NCBI GenBank assembly: GCA_951406725.2
Contig: OX597834.1
Location: 18,972,001 to 19,036,000, forward strand
Direction of reading: 5' to 3'
DNA from: Octopus vulgaris
Lineage: Eukaryota
Length of the DNA: 64,000 nucleotides
A program made the translations under genes and the position numbers. Under the pieces are notes generated by a model that saw only the letters and a program-made list of their open reading frames with translations, had not been told where the DNA came from and ran no database searches. Positions within the stretch are counted from its first letter, which is position 1, and every line of letters starts with the position of its first letter. Shown here piece by piece: positions 63,392 through 64,000 of the stretch.

Positions 63392-63573
63392 CACATAATA
63401 TATATACTCACACATCCAAACACAAATATTTATGCTTATACACTTGCACACACACATGCATGAATACATTTATTTATGTATAAAGATTAGGTATAAAAAG
63501 TGAGATACTTATTACCTGTCCGAGTTTTAGCAAAGAATTGTAAACGATAGAGCTTTCTGAGAGTGTAACAACC

Positions 63574-63586
63574 ACACACATACACA

Positions 63587-63680
<94 letters not shown>
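63574..63680. repeat. (CA)n microsatellite
   Basis: Direct inspection. Confidence 0.97.
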
Positions 63681-63681
<1 letters not shown>

Positions 63682-64000
63682 CCTCTTATGTGAATCCTAC
63701 CATAATAGCTAGGAAGTTATTTATGTCCTTGGCCGGGGTTTTCCATTAGCAACACCCTAATTCTACATCATTGTGGCTGTAAATCTAGCAATGTCTTCCT
63801 TTTGTCATTTTGTATATGTCACTACTTAATCACCACCACCACCACCACCACCACCATCGTCATCATTGTCATTCTCCCTTGCATCCACATCATCATCATT
63901 AACAAACCAATATACACATAATGTATATATTCTGCTTAATTGTGATTCCTTCTGTTGCTTTTTCCCTTCTTTTTGCATCTTTTTTTTCTTCATCCATTTA

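Overview
AT-rich, microsatellite-laden animal genomic DNA with no intact protein-coding gene that I can recognise. The SINE complement looks like coleoid cephalopod (Octopus-type) DNA; this is my recognition, not a database result. Nearly all ORFs in the supplied track are microsatellite or SINE read-throughs. The window is a layered mobile-element graveyard. It holds three abundant SINE-like families (labelled A, B and C here) and minor tRNA-head SINEs, hAT and piggyBac-type MITEs, two mariner derivatives, two hAT transposase relics and RTE/CR1-like LINE fragments. It also holds a ~5 kb decayed Ty3/Gypsy element whose Gag-PR-RT-RNaseH-integrase order is still readable. The most interesting signal is a set of short non-coding elements, mostly in or beside (TA)n tracts. 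Some carry minimal type I hammerhead-ribozyme motifs (seven motifs, three with a U at conserved core position A6). Others have long fold-back arms. This architecture suggests non-autonomous Penelope-like or retrozyme-like elements. One weak candidate start-codon exon of a host gene lies on the minus strand near 57.5 kb. Coordinates were read by eye and may be off by a few bases, more for decayed elements.
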